In this document: positions 63,337 through 64,000 of the stretch, piece after piece | How positions within the stretch are numbered: position 1 is the stretch's first letter | How the letters are laid out: every line of letters begins with the position of its first letter | IMG/VR virus record: IMGVR_UViG_3300033072_000728 | Coordinates: 8,554-72,553 of that record | DNA length: 64,000 nucleotides | Source: a virus | Taxonomy: Duplodnaviria > Caudoviricetes | Reading direction: 5' to 3' (one strand) | Notes under the pieces: generated by a model | Databases searched by the model: none | What the model was told of the DNA's origin: nothing | The model's input: the letters and a program-made list of their open reading frames with translations, nothing else | Translations under genes and position numbers: made by a program

Positions 63337-64000
63337 TCTAAGCTGTTGTTTAATTCTTGAATCTCAAATGGTACTTCAGGGATCATCTGTGACGTACTAA
63401 CATCGGGTTCAGATTGTGCGCCTTTTCCTGCCATTGTCCACGGCAGATGACTTGGTGATCGTGACCCAAAACCTTCGGCAATGCCATGAGCCTCGACAAA
63501 ACCTTTCTTGGAGTCAAACGATGAATCTGGGTGAACTGTCATTTTAAGTTCAGAGACAGTAGGGGGTTGCGCTGGTTTAATTGTATTCATCATAATCTTT
63601 GAGCCATTCAGGTAGAAATTAGCACTTGATGCAAATGATCCCATTCCACTTGAATAGAAATTAACCTCAGAACAACGTGCAGTAAATTTGCCGACAGTAT
63701 GAACATTGAAATCCCCATTACTTCTTAGTTTTAGGTTATCAGTTTGGATCGCAGTATTCTTTGAAGTTATTTGTAATCCTTCACCAGCATCGATATTGAT
63801 ATTCTTATCTGCCCTAAGATTCAAATCACCTTTAACTCTGACGTTGAAACTATCTTCACCAAACAGATCAATTGATCCTTGGCTTCCTAATTCAGCCCAC
63901 GATTTACCATTTGCATGTGCAATGAGGATGAATCCTTCAGCGTCATTAAGCATAATTTGATGGCCGATTGCAGTTCTTAATCGAATTAAATTATCTTTGC
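63333..64000 (-). CDS. baseplate hub/spike (gp5/VgrG-like), 5' part outside the window
   Basis: Frame open to the window edge (…LIRLRTAIGHQIMLND…); beta-helix repeats FNVRVKGDLNLRADKNINIDA. Confidence 0.8.
   Translation of the reverse strand, partial: KDNLIRLRTAIGHQIMLNDAEGFILIAHANGKSWAELGSQGSIDLFGEDSFNVRVKGDLNLRADKNINIDAGEGLQITSKNTAIQTDNLKLRSNGDFNVHTVGKFTARCSEVNFYSSGMGSFASSANFYLNGSKIMMNTIKPAQPPTVSELKMTVHPDSSFDSKKGFVEAHGIAEGFGSRSPSHLPWTMAGKGAQSEPDVSTSQMIPEVPFEIQELNNSLE

Noticed and set aside
256-63960. All plus-strand ORFs in the track (e.g. 9065..9472, 23999..24355, 29446..29796, 46273..46644)
   Set aside because: They are antisense shadows of minus-strand genes, with no recognisable motifs or initiation signals.
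62245-64000. Frameshift splitting the gp5-like gene from the 363-aa ORF
   Set aside because: The junction is an ordinary 4-nt ATGA overlap like others here, with no evidence of a broken single gene.
1-64000. Introns, inteins, homing endonucleases, transposases, rRNA
   Set aside because: I noticed no LAGLIDADG, HNH, GIY-YIG, intein or DDE-transposase motifs and no rRNA-like sequence; a profile search would be needed to exclude them fully.

Overview
AT-rich fragment of a large (probably jumbo) T4-superfamily-like myophage genome. Essentially all real genes lie on the minus strand. Right part (38.9-64 kb): an intact virion module with a gp5-like hub, gp25-like and gp6-like wedge subunits, a 5444-aa wedge/fibre protein and three further structural genes. 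Left part (1-38.9 kb): an accessory region dominated by two tandem mini-gene arrays. Array 1 (0.5-7.4 kb) has unrelated N-termini but a shared C-terminal FLLxCKYP motif, encoded in five genes by a near-identical 51-bp repeat. Array 2 (14.5-23.8 kb) has about 37 short cassettes joined by the 11-mer ATGATTAAACC, which is a start codon in one frame and a stop in both other frames. The accessory region also encodes a DnaQ-type exonuclease, a circularly permuted SLOG/MoCo-carrier-like protein, two GNAT-like paralogues, an AT-hook/C2H2 protein, a gp62-like protein, a TROVE/DUF2828-vWA protein, a Toprim protein, Pth2, two aberrant tRNAs (one lacking the D-arm), three copies of a 23-bp promoter element and a ~1.4-kb non-coding region with a candidate structured RNA. 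Many accessory genes carry in-frame stops or frameshifts, whereas the long structural ORFs are intact. All product calls come from motif recognition by eye; no database search was run.
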